From the NCBI GenBank assembly GCA_045588915.1, contig JAZNFA010000009.1, positions 16,016 through 80,015 on the forward strand: DNA of 64,000 bases. The letters run 5' to 3'. Under the pieces are notes generated by a model that saw only the letters and a list, made by a program, of their open reading frames with translations, did no database searches and was not told the origin of the DNA. Below, in pieces: positions 48,622 through 56,638 of the stretch. Positions within the stretch are counted from its first letter, which is position 1. Every line of letters begins with the position of its first letter. This DNA is from Clostridia bacterium. Its GTDB lineage: Bacteria; Bacillota; Clostridia; Christensenellales; UBA1242. The position numbers and the translations under genes are program-made.

Positions 48622-51255
48622 TTATTTATCTTTGCAAACGGCATTTTGGATGAGTTTGACAACTTCCACAACTGGAACAACTAAAGCAGAGAAACCGAGA
48701 CAGATTAACCATTGTGTTAAATTTAAGCTTTGTAAGTGGAAAACGCTGGCTAAGACTGGAATGAAAGCGATTGCTAAAATTGATACGATACTAACAAACA
48801 AGGAAATAACTAAGGTTTTGTTTTTGAATGGGTTTGAAGTAAAAATTGAGTGGTTAGTACGTACATTAAAGATATGGAATAACTGGATGAAGTTCAAAGC
48901 TAGGAATCCCATTGTAGAAGCAATAGCATCATTATAAAGTGTGCGGCCAACAACAAAGATTGCGATAACAATCAACGCTTGTAAAACACCTTGGTAACCA
49001 ATGTTAAAGGCAATTTTTTTGCTAATGATATTTTCATTTTGTTTACGTGGTTTGAGTTTCATTACGTCTTTTTCCACGCCTTCCATACCCATAGAAATTG
49101 CTGGCATAGTATCGGTAATCAAATTGATAAATAAGATTTGGACAGCAACCAAGAAAGTAACTTGTGGGAAAATCAGAGTAGTGAGTAAAATTGTTAACAC
49201 TTCGGCAATATTGCCACCTAATAAAAACTGTATGGTTTTTTGAATATTAGTATAAATCTTACGACCTTCTTCAACGGCAATAACAATGGTTGCAAAGTTA
49301 TCATCAGTCAAAATTAAGTCAGCAACTTGTTTGGTAACTTCGGTTCCGGTTTTTCCCATACCAACACCAATATGTGCCGATTTGATACTTGGGGCGTCAT
49401 TGACACCATCGCCGGTCATTGCAACAACTTTGCCCAGTGCTTTAAAAGCTTGAACAATACGAACTTTGTGTTCGGGACTGACACGTGCGTAAACTTTGAA
49501 TTTTACTACTTCGGTTTTTAATTCTTCGTCAGTAAATTGGTCAAGGTGTGCACCTTCAACAACTTCAGAATATTTAGTAACCATACCTAGTTCTTTAGCA
49601 ATGGCATAAGCTGTATCTTTGTGGTCACCGGTAATCATTACAGCTTGCATACCAGCTTGTTTGCATTTCTTTAATGCTTTGTAAACTTCAGCACGTGGTG
49701 GGTCAATCATTCCTGCCATACCAACAAAGGTTAATGCACTTTCCTTGATGTCATCTTGATTTGCGCAAGTACGGTATGCAAAACCGAGAACACGTAAAGC
49801 TTGTGAACAAAGGTTGGCGTTAGCATTTTTTAATGTCTCGATGTCTTCCGGTGTGATTTTACGAACTTCACCATTGATATCAATTTTAGTACAGCGTTTA
49901 ATAATTTCATCAAAAGCACCTTTCGTAAATTGTTGGTAATTTGGGTGATTAAGGTTGATGGTAGACATCAATTTGCGATTAGAATCAAAAGGAATTTCGT
50001 TGACACGTTGCCAAACTTGCTCAAGTGTGTTTTTGTGGTAACCGAACTTTTCGGCACAATCGAGCAAAGCAGTTTCGGTTGGGTCACCAATTAAATTATT
50101 CTCTTGTACTTTTGCGTCATTACATAAAACCATTGTGTTTAAAACGTTTGACATTAAGGCTTTATCGCATTGTTTAATATCATATTCCTGATTGTTGAGA
50201 ACAATTTTGCGCACGGTCATTTTGTTTTGTGTGATTGTTCCAGTTTTATCTGAACAAATGACTTCACAACAGCCTAAGGTTTCTACTGAGTGTAGGCGAC
50301 GAATAATAACGTTTTGTTTAGCAAGTTTGGTTACGCCGATGGAAAGAATAATTGTAACGACAATCATCATACTTTCCGGAATAGCTGCAACTGCAATAGC
50401 AACAGCTGTGATTAAAGATGTTGACCAGTGTTGTTTAGTAATAAAGATGTTGATTAGAAAAATTGCTGCAGCAATGACCAATACAGCCACAGTAATAAAT
50501 TGAGCAAATTTGTTTAAACTGTGTTGTAGTGTGGTTTTTTCTTTGGTTTGTTTTTGGTTTAACATTCCAGCAATTTTACCAATTTCGGTGTTCTGCCCGA
50601 CGGCGACAACTACACCCATACCACGACCATAAGTAACAACACTGGACGAGAATGCCATATTTTTACGGTCGCCGAGTGGTGTCTTTGATTCAAGGATTAA
50701 GTCAGCATTTTTGCTAATTGCCACGCTTTCGCCGGTAAGCATAGATTCATCGCATTTTAAATTGGCACTTTCAATTAAACGAAGATCAGCAGGTATAACA
50801 TCGCCGGCTTCTAATAATACGATGTCACCTTCGACTAAGTCTGAAGTTTGAACATAAACTACTTCGTTATTGCGTAATACCTTAGAGTAGGGCTGTGACA
50901 TATTCTTCAGTGACTGCATCGCATTTTCAGCTTTGGATTCTTGAACTACGCCTAAAACGGCATTTAAGACAACTATGAATAAAATAATAATTGTATCAAT
51001 AAATTCTGTAGCCCCATTGTTTTCGATGATACCAAAGACTAATGAAATCACCGCTGAAATTAAAAGTAGGATAATCATTACATCCTTAAACTGAACAAAG
51101 AGACGTGATAACCAGGATTGCTTTTTAATTTCGGCCAATTGGTTTTTGCCATTTTTTAATAATCTTTCTTGTGCATCTTTATCTGTGAGCCCTTGTTGTG
51201 AAGATTTTAATTCGGTTAAAACTTCACTAGCTGACTTTGTGTAAGTAAGTTCCAT
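48622..51255 (-). CDS. P-type Ca2+-transporting ATPase (P2A/YloB-like)
   Basis: It has TGES, CSDKTGTITQN, TGDHKDTA, MTGDGVNDAPS and ten TM segments. The start is MELTYTK at 51255. Confidence 0.9.
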   Translation of the reverse strand: MELTYTKSASEVLTELKSSQQGLTDKDAQERLLKNGKNQLAEIKKQSWLSRLFVQFKDVMIILLLISAVISLVFGIIENNGATEFIDTIIILFIVVLNAVLGVVQESKAENAMQSLKNMSQPYSKVLRNNEVVYVQTSDLVEGDIVLLEAGDVIPADLRLIESANLKCDESMLTGESVAISKNADLILESKTPLGDRKNMAFSSSVVTYGRGMGVVVAVGQNTEIGKIAGMLNQKQTKEKTTLQHSLNKFAQFITVAVLVIAAAIFLINIFITKQHWSTSLITAVAIAVAAIPESMMIVVTIILSIGVTKLAKQNVIIRRLHSVETLGCCEVICSDKTGTITQNKMTVRKIVLNNQEYDIKQCDKALMSNVLNTMVLCNDAKVQENNLIGDPTETALLDCAEKFGYHKNTLEQVWQRVNEIPFDSNRKLMSTINLNHPNYQQFTKGAFDEIIKRCTKIDINGEVRKITPEDIETLKNANANLCSQALRVLGFAYRTCANQDDIKESALTFVGMAGMIDPPRAEVYKALKKCKQAGMQAVMITGDHKDTAYAIAKELGMVTKYSEVVEGAHLDQFTDEELKTEVVKFKVYARVSPEHKVRIVQAFKALGKVVAMTGDGVNDAPSIKSAHIGVGMGKTGTEVTKQVADLILTDDNFATIVIAVEEGRKIYTNIQKTIQFLLGGNIAEVLTILLTTLIFPQVTFLVAVQILFINLITDTMPAISMGMEGVEKDVMKLKPRKQNENIISKKIAFNIGYQGVLQALIVIAIFVVGRTLYNDAIASTMGFLALNFIQLFHIFNVRTNHSIFTSNPFKNKTLVISLFVSIVSILAIAFIPVLASVFHLQSLNLTQWLICLGFSALVVPVVEVVKLIQNAVCKDK

Positions 51256-51262
51256 ATTTTTA

Positions 51263-51325
51263 ATTTTAGTACAGTCTAAAAAGATTATCAAATGATTTGC
51301 GAATATGTGTCAGAAGCATTATGAT
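51263..51325. promoter_or_regulatory. divergent promoter pair, both abutting their ATGs
   Basis: On the minus strand: TTGATA(51291-51286)-17-TAAAAT(51268-51263)-7 nt-ATG 51255. On the plus strand: TTGCGA(51297-51302)-17-TATGAT(51320-51325)-6 nt-ATG 51332. Confidence 0.55.
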
Positions 51326-51331
51326 ATAATA

Positions 51332-52351
51332 ATGATGGGGGAAGACGTCGAAAACTTGCAAGACGAAGAAGTTACCTTGAATGAAGGTAATTATGCTGAT
51401 GAAGCACAAAGTGATGAATTAGATGATTTGCAGGAGCGTGAAAATGCCTTAGCTGGTGCTCAGGCTGAATACGATGCTGTGCAAGATGGTGGTCTTGGTT
51501 ATTATGATGAAGATAGTTATAATTATAATTACAACGATTCAAGCCCTTTGACCGATGTTGATTATCGACCAGGTAACGATGAAAGTTCGGCATTTACGAA
51601 TAATTACACTGGCACAGATGATTATGACCCAATTCAACGTGATAACCAAGACGATGCTGACGATGTTATGGGTTATAACGATGATGAAGATTTCGATGGT
51701 GATGGTGACGACTTCGATGGCGATGATGATGACGAAGAAGACGACGATGAAGAAGATGAAGAAGATGAAGAAGATGACGATGAAGACGCCGAAGAAGATG
51801 ATGAAGAAGGCGAAGATGATGAAGGTAATGAAGACGGAAATGGTAAAAAAGGAAAGGGTAAAAAACAAAAAAAAGGTGCAACTAAAGAAAAAGAAATCGT
51901 AGTTAATGGTGTTAAGCTTTGGAAAAAAGGTGATCCCATTACAATTGAAGTTTTGTCGACACACTGGGATTTGTTTCGCGAACTACCAGAAATGCGTGAA
52001 ATGATGGACCAAGCTGATATGGCTGTTGAACAAGGTTTAAATACAACTGGACCGAATCTTATGATTAAAACTTTTAAATCAATTCAAAAAATTTCTGATC
52101 CAGATTCGGGAATAATTAGTGCTTTATTGAAAATGATTTCAAAACCCAGTTTAATGTTGACATATGGTGCTGCCGCTATTACGGAAGCAATCTTTGATCA
52201 ACAATGGTTGCAAGTAACTTTGATTTTTGGATTGAAAGCGGCGCTTAGTGTTGTTTTAAAAATGGATATAGTGAAATTTATTTTGGAAATGATTTTTGAA
52301 AAAGGTGTTGAGTTGTATAAAGCAAAACTCAAAAAAATTAAAAAGAAATAA
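51332..52351 (+). CDS. hypothetical protein with an extreme poly-D/E tract and a hydrophobic C-terminal region
   Basis: It contains DDFDGDDDDEEDDDEEDEEDEEDDDEDAEEDDEEGEDDEGNED followed by a K-rich patch. The start is at MMGEDV. Confidence 0.55.
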   Translation: MMGEDVENLQDEEVTLNEGNYADEAQSDELDDLQERENALAGAQAEYDAVQDGGLGYYDEDSYNYNYNDSSPLTDVDYRPGNDESSAFTNNYTGTDDYDPIQRDNQDDADDVMGYNDDEDFDGDGDDFDGDDDDEEDDDEEDEEDEEDDDEDAEEDDEEGEDDEGNEDGNGKKGKGKKQKKGATKEKEIVVNGVKLWKKGDPITIEVLSTHWDLFRELPEMREMMDQADMAVEQGLNTTGPNLMIKTFKSIQKISDPDSGIISALLKMISKPSLMLTYGAAAITEAIFDQQWLQVTLIFGLKAALSVVLKMDIVKFILEMIFEKGVELYKAKLKKIKKK

Positions 52352-52408
52352 ATTTAACCGTCAAGAAAATGGTCGACAACGATTGATTTTTGTATTATAA
52401 TATTAGTT

Positions 52409-52972
52409 ATGGAAGCAAAAAGTTTAAGACCTGGAAAATTATTTAAAATGGACGGCGTAGTTTACGAAGTTATTGACTATGAATTCCGTCAACAACCACG
52501 TTTGGCTGCTGCGATTAGTGCGAAAATTCGTAACATTAAAACCGGAGCAATCAGCGTAGAAAACTTCAAAGGAAATCCTGTTTTGGAAGACGTTGAAGTT
52601 GAAAAGAAAGAATTGCAATTTTCTTACAGTGATGGTGAAATCGTTCACTTTATGGATATGGAAACTTACGAAGATATTCCAGTTAATCGTGATTTGTGTG
52701 AAGCATCATTAAAATACAATGACGAAAATGGTGAGCCAATTGTTTGTACGTTTAACTATATTGATGGGAAAATTGCAAGCATTGTTCCTCCAACATTTGT
52801 TGTTTTGGAAGTTACCGAAACTGAACCAAGTGTTGCAGGCGATACAGCTCGTAACGCTTTGAAAAATGCAAAATTGTCAAGTGGTTTGGAAACTAAGGTA
52901 CCAATGTTTGTGAATAATGGCGATAAGATTCGTGTTGATACCAGAACTGGTGCTTACGTTGATCGTGCATAA
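52409..52972 (+). CDS. efp: elongation factor P family protein (Arg at the loop tip)
   Basis: It is 187 aa and collinear with EF-P (GDKIRVDTRTGAYVDRA at the C-terminus). The loop reads EFRQQPRLAAA instead of VKPGKGxA. Confidence 0.85.
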   Translation: MEAKSLRPGKLFKMDGVVYEVIDYEFRQQPRLAAAISAKIRNIKTGAISVENFKGNPVLEDVEVEKKELQFSYSDGEIVHFMDMETYEDIPVNRDLCEASLKYNDENGEPIVCTFNYIDGKIASIVPPTFVVLEVTETEPSVAGDTARNALKNAKLSSGLETKVPMFVNNGDKIRVDTRTGAYVDRA

Positions 52973-53018
52973 GTCTAGACAAATTTATAGCATAGTGTTA
53001 TAATACTATGCTACTTAT

Positions 53019-53094
53019 GACGGGTGTAGCCAAGTGGTAAGGCAATGGATTGTGGCTCCATTATGCGTGGGTTCGATTCCCATCTCCCGTCCCA
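53019..53094 (+). tRNA. tRNA-His (anticodon GTG) with encoded G-1 and CCA
   Basis: G-1 pairs with C73, the anticodon arm is ATGGA-TTGTGGC-TCCAT, and the T-loop is TTCGATT. A TGtTATAAT promoter lies upstream. Confidence 0.88.
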
Positions 53095-53406
53095 GCATAC
53101 CCTAACTCCCCAATAAAAATTACACATGCTATTGTGTTTTTGCAATTGGTCATTCCACAAAATAGAGCCCTGATTGTCGTCAGAGCTCTTTTTGTTTATT
53201 ACAGACAGTCGAATCAAAAATACGGTAGCATCACAAATACTTATTAGCGAAAATTAAAATAGTGGCAGTTAAGCGTATTTTTTAGAAAATCTAATATAAA
53301 ATTGTTTTGTAGAAATATGTAAAAAGTTTTTGCGGAAAACTTGTAAAAACTCTTGCATTTTCGGAAGTTTTTCTGTAAAATATATAAAGAAGGGGAATTG
53401 GGGAAA

Positions 53407-54606
53407 ATGATCATAAGACCAAATTATTTGGAAAAATTAAAACCATTTATAGACGTTAAGTTGGTGAAAATTCTTTCTGGAATTAGGAGATGTGGAAAAT
53501 CAACTATTCTTGAAATGTTAAAACAAGAGTTGATTAGCCGTGGTGTAAAAGAGAATAACATCATTACTCGAAAATATTCAGAAGAAGAATATGATGATTC
53601 TTTTACCTCAAAGGATATGTTCAATGATTTAAAATCTCAAATAGTTAATGATGATAAATATTATTTTTTATTAGACGAACTTCAAGAAATAACTGGTTGG
53701 GAAAAAGTTATTAATACTTTAATGGAAGATTATAATACTGATATTTATGTAACTGGTTCTAATTCAAAATTAATGAGCAGTGAAATATCTACATACTTAA
53801 CTGGTCGTTATATTACGATTCCAGTTTATACGCTTTCTTTTGAAGAATATTTGTCATTTAAAAACGGGACTGGAAAAAATAATAAAGAGTTATTCCAAGA
53901 ATATCTTCGCATTGGTGGATTCCCGTTAGTTGCAATCACTAATTTAAATGATACAAATGCTTACGATGTTGTCAAAGGAATCTATGATTCCGCGGTTCTT
54001 AATGATATTACTCGAAAACATAAAATTACTAATAGAGATTTGTTTAATCGTGTTGTTAAGTTTGTTATTGAAAATGTTGGTAAAACATTTTCTGCTAACT
54101 CAATCGTTAATTTCTTAAAATCAGAAAAAAGAACTATTTCAACTGAACTAATTTATAATTATTTAGAATATTTAGAAAAAGCGTTTATCATTTATCGTTG
54201 CCAACGATATGATTTGCAAGGCAAAAGTGTATTAAAGACACAAGAAAAATTTTATCTTGCTGATCAATCAATTAAATATGCACTTTATGGTTTTAATCCA
54301 ACGAGTATTGCAGCCATGCTTGAAAATGTTGTTTATTTTGAACTTAAGCGACGTGGTTATGATGTTTATATTGGTAAAAATTTAGACAAAGAGATTGATT
54401 TCGTAGCGACTCTCAGAGATGAAAAACTCTATGTACAAGTGTGTCGTGAATTGCCTAAGGAATCAGATAGAGAGCTGGCTAACCTTATGGAAATAAATGA
54501 TAATTATCCCAAAATGGTTGTTACTCTTGATGATTACGCTAATGGCAATTATAATGGGATTAAGATTGTAAATATAGTTGATTTTTTATTAAATAAAAAT
54601 ATATAA
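53407..54606 (+). CDS. AAA-type ATPase with a DUF4143-like C-terminal domain
   Basis: It has the Walker A GIRRCGKST, the Walker B YFLLDELQEI, and the C-terminal EIDFVAT...YVQVC. The start is ATG 53407 after a GGGGA SD, and a TTGCAT-17-TAAAAT promoter lies at about 53353-53381. Confidence 0.75.
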   Translation: MIIRPNYLEKLKPFIDVKLVKILSGIRRCGKSTILEMLKQELISRGVKENNIITRKYSEEEYDDSFTSKDMFNDLKSQIVNDDKYYFLLDELQEITGWEKVINTLMEDYNTDIYVTGSNSKLMSSEISTYLTGRYITIPVYTLSFEEYLSFKNGTGKNNKELFQEYLRIGGFPLVAITNLNDTNAYDVVKGIYDSAVLNDITRKHKITNRDLFNRVVKFVIENVGKTFSANSIVNFLKSEKRTISTELIYNYLEYLEKAFIIYRCQRYDLQGKSVLKTQEKFYLADQSIKYALYGFNPTSIAAMLENVVYFELKRRGYDVYIGKNLDKEIDFVATLRDEKLYVQVCRELPKESDRELANLMEINDNYPKMVVTLDDYANGNYNGIKIVNIVDFLLNKNI

Positions 54607-54636
54607 AGTTTACATGTATCTTGTTTTCAATCAAGT

Positions 54637-56115
54637 TTATATATAGTATTTTGCTTCTATAGTTGGTTGTTTGCTGGTAAAAGGATTTTTAAAGGTTGCA
54701 TCATAAAATGAATTCTGATCATCGTCAGGACCTCTTTTTAATGGACTAGTAAATAAAATTTCCATTTTATCGTTGTATAGTTTAATTTTTTTAACAAGTA
54801 CTGCGGCGATTTCTCTAGCGTGTCTTTCTAAAACATCACTGTAATATTTTCGTAATGATTCTCGGTCAAGTGGCATATTAATTTTCTCTCTTTCAATTGC
54901 TATATTCTTTTCAAGTGTTTTTACTTGTTCTTCAAGTTTGTTTATTCGTTCAATTAGTATTTGGGAAGCTGGACCTTGCGTGAGAAAGTTAATTAGATTA
55001 TTAATTGCTGTTTTAGCTTCTTGCTGTTCTTGTTCAAGAATATGTAAATGTTCAGTAAGTTTCTTTCTATCTGTTTTAAGATATAAGAGTTTATCAAGTA
55101 ACTTGTTCATAACTTTTGGTTTATTTAATTCACCAATAACTTTATGAATAACAAAACGTTCAAATAAATCCTTGGGTAGTGCAGTCTTAGGGCAACCACT
55201 AGGATTCTTGCGTTTTCCTTCGCAGCGGTAGTAATATCTTCTCACACCGTCTTTGTTCGTTCCAGAAGAGCCGTTGATACTTTCTCCGCAATATCCACAA
55301 ACAAGTTTCCTGCTGAAGATATAATTTGTGATTTTACTGATACCACCGAGTAGTGAGTGTGATTTTGCTCTTACTCGTTCATATACATCTTTATCAATAA
55401 TTTGTGGATACATGTTTTTATATTCTTCATCCCCATAGTGATAAACACCAGTGTAGTGTTCACTTTCAAGTATTCGAGAAACCACATAGTAGTTAAATGG
55501 TCTGCCACGATTTTTGATACCTTTAGCTTCTAACATGAGAAGAATGTCGTTGATATAATAACCAGAATCAAATTTTTCAAACATGTATTTAACTACAGCG
55601 GCTTCGTGTTCGTTGATAACTAACTTCTTGTTTTCTAGTTTGTAACCATAAGCTACAGCTCCGCCTTGGAAAGTTCCTTTAATGCGTGATTCTCGCATAC
55701 CACGTTTAATCTTCTGAGATAGTTCAGCAGAGAAGTATTGGTTCAAACTTTCAAGCAAGCCTTCAAGAATAATTCCTTCTGGTGTGTCTGGAATGTTCTC
55801 CATAGCTGACACTAGTTTAACGCCATTATCTCTTAATGTTTTTCGATGGAGAACAGTTTCGTATTTGTTTCGAGAAAAGCGGTCAAGTTTGTATACGATA
55901 ACATAATCCCATTCTTTTTTATAACTATCTTTAATCATGCGTTGAAATGCTGGTCGGCGATCATTAGTTCCAGTCATAGCACGATCAATGTATGAATCGA
56001 CAATTGAAATCTTGTTTCGTTCAGCATATTCCTTGCAAACACGAACTTGTCCGTCGATACTTTGTTCAGATTGATTGTCGCTAGAGTATCTAGCGTAGAT
56101 TAATGCTTTTTTCAT
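54637..56115 (-). CDS. large serine recombinase
   Basis: It has the resolvase catalytic N-terminus ALIYARYSSDNQ, a recombinase domain, the zinc ribbon CGYCGE...YYRCEG, and a coiled coil. An AGGAGG SD precedes it. Confidence 0.9.
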   Translation of the reverse strand: MKKALIYARYSSDNQSEQSIDGQVRVCKEYAERNKISIVDSYIDRAMTGTNDRRPAFQRMIKDSYKKEWDYVIVYKLDRFSRNKYETVLHRKTLRDNGVKLVSAMENIPDTPEGIILEGLLESLNQYFSAELSQKIKRGMRESRIKGTFQGGAVAYGYKLENKKLVINEHEAAVVKYMFEKFDSGYYINDILLMLEAKGIKNRGRPFNYYVVSRILESEHYTGVYHYGDEEYKNMYPQIIDKDVYERVRAKSHSLLGGISKITNYIFSRKLVCGYCGESINGSSGTNKDGVRRYYYRCEGKRKNPSGCPKTALPKDLFERFVIHKVIGELNKPKVMNKLLDKLLYLKTDRKKLTEHLHILEQEQQEAKTAINNLINFLTQGPASQILIERINKLEEQVKTLEKNIAIEREKINMPLDRESLRKYYSDVLERHAREIAAVLVKKIKLYNDKMEILFTSPLKRGPDDDQNSFYDATFKNPFTSKQPTIEAKYYI

Positions 56116-56138
56116 TTTTCCTCCTTAAAGTTTTTTTA

Positions 56139-56286
56139 TTTGTCTTACGACGGAGCGGAAAATAAACGGGAACTATAATTGTTTTTGTCTTAGATATTTT
56201 TCTTCTTTTACCAAGGGCGGGAAACCCGTGCATTTTACCCTTGGCAAAAGTTTGTTCCCGTTTACGCTCCATAGTCGTAAGACAAA
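56139..56286 (-). other. 148-nt nested inverted repeat (predicted structured RNA or DNA site) in the recombinase leader
   Basis: Outer arms: 13+6+11 bp (56139-56173 pairs with 56254-56286, with two bulges). Inner helix: 12 bp (56206-56217 with 56238-56249). It caps a CGGG-AAA-CCCG hairpin at 56218-56228. Confidence 0.6.
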
Positions 56287-56297
56287 GAAAATGGTAA

Positions 56298-56414
56298 TTA
56301 TTGATTGTCTTTGTTTTGCAATTCTTCAAAATCTTTCAACATTTCAAGGCAGATAGCATCATTCAACACATCAACATCGATTTCGTTGAGAAAAATAACC
56401 TCTAAATCTTCCAT
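56298..56414 (-). CDS. 38-aa acidic mini-protein upstream of the recombinase
   Basis: It is not in the ORF track. The sequence is MEDLEVIFLNEIDVDVLNDAICLEMLKDFEELQNKDNQ. An AAGGGGG SD sits 8 nt upstream of the ATG. Confidence 0.4.
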   Translation of the reverse strand: MEDLEVIFLNEIDVDVLNDAICLEMLKDFEELQNKDNQ

Positions 56415-56477
56415 TGTTTTTACCCCCTTTTGTATGGATTGTGGGGAGTAGCATACTAAAAAAAATACAACATTACA

Positions 56478-56553
56478 ATATCATTTATGTCAATCTTTGT
56501 ATCATTTTATATCATTTATGTAACATTTATATCAACTTATATATCATTTATGT
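56478..56553. repeat. iteron-like direct repeats in the recombinase/hsdM divergent region
   Basis: ATATCATTTATGT occurs at 56478, 56509 and 56541 (31-32 bp phasing). Degenerate copies (TATCATTTTAT, ACATTTATAT) lie between them. Confidence 0.7.
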
Positions 56554-56638
56554 ATCAAAAATATTCACTTTAAAGTGCGTCAAGAAGCTCGAACAATAAA
56601 ATAAAGACAAATATTATATCCCGTGTTATAATTTTGTA

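Noticed and set aside
51539-51964. Alternative-frame ORFs with poly-Ser, poly-His/Leu or K/M-rich products (51539-51964, 51555-51902, 51666-51881, 51673-51939).
   Set aside because: They are shadows of the GAA/GAT-rich poly-D/E coding tract of the 51332 gene. They have no start signals and their composition is driven by the repeat.
53011-53247. ORFs at 53011-53217 (minus strand) and 53050-53247 (plus strand).
   Set aside because: Both overlap tRNA-His and its flanks, so they are spurious.
56139-56286. The nested inverted repeat, considered as a retron msr/msd, a bridge/omega-type guide RNA, or a plain terminator.
   Set aside because: There is no reverse transcriptase, IS110/IS200-605 transposase, or TnpB/IscB nearby. 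No U-run follows the helix on either strand. I kept it as an unexplained structured element instead.
56478-56553. The repeat array, considered as a CRISPR array.
   Set aside because: The repeats are only 13 nt, AT-rich and not palindromic. The spacers are about 18 nt and themselves repeat-related. There are no cas genes.
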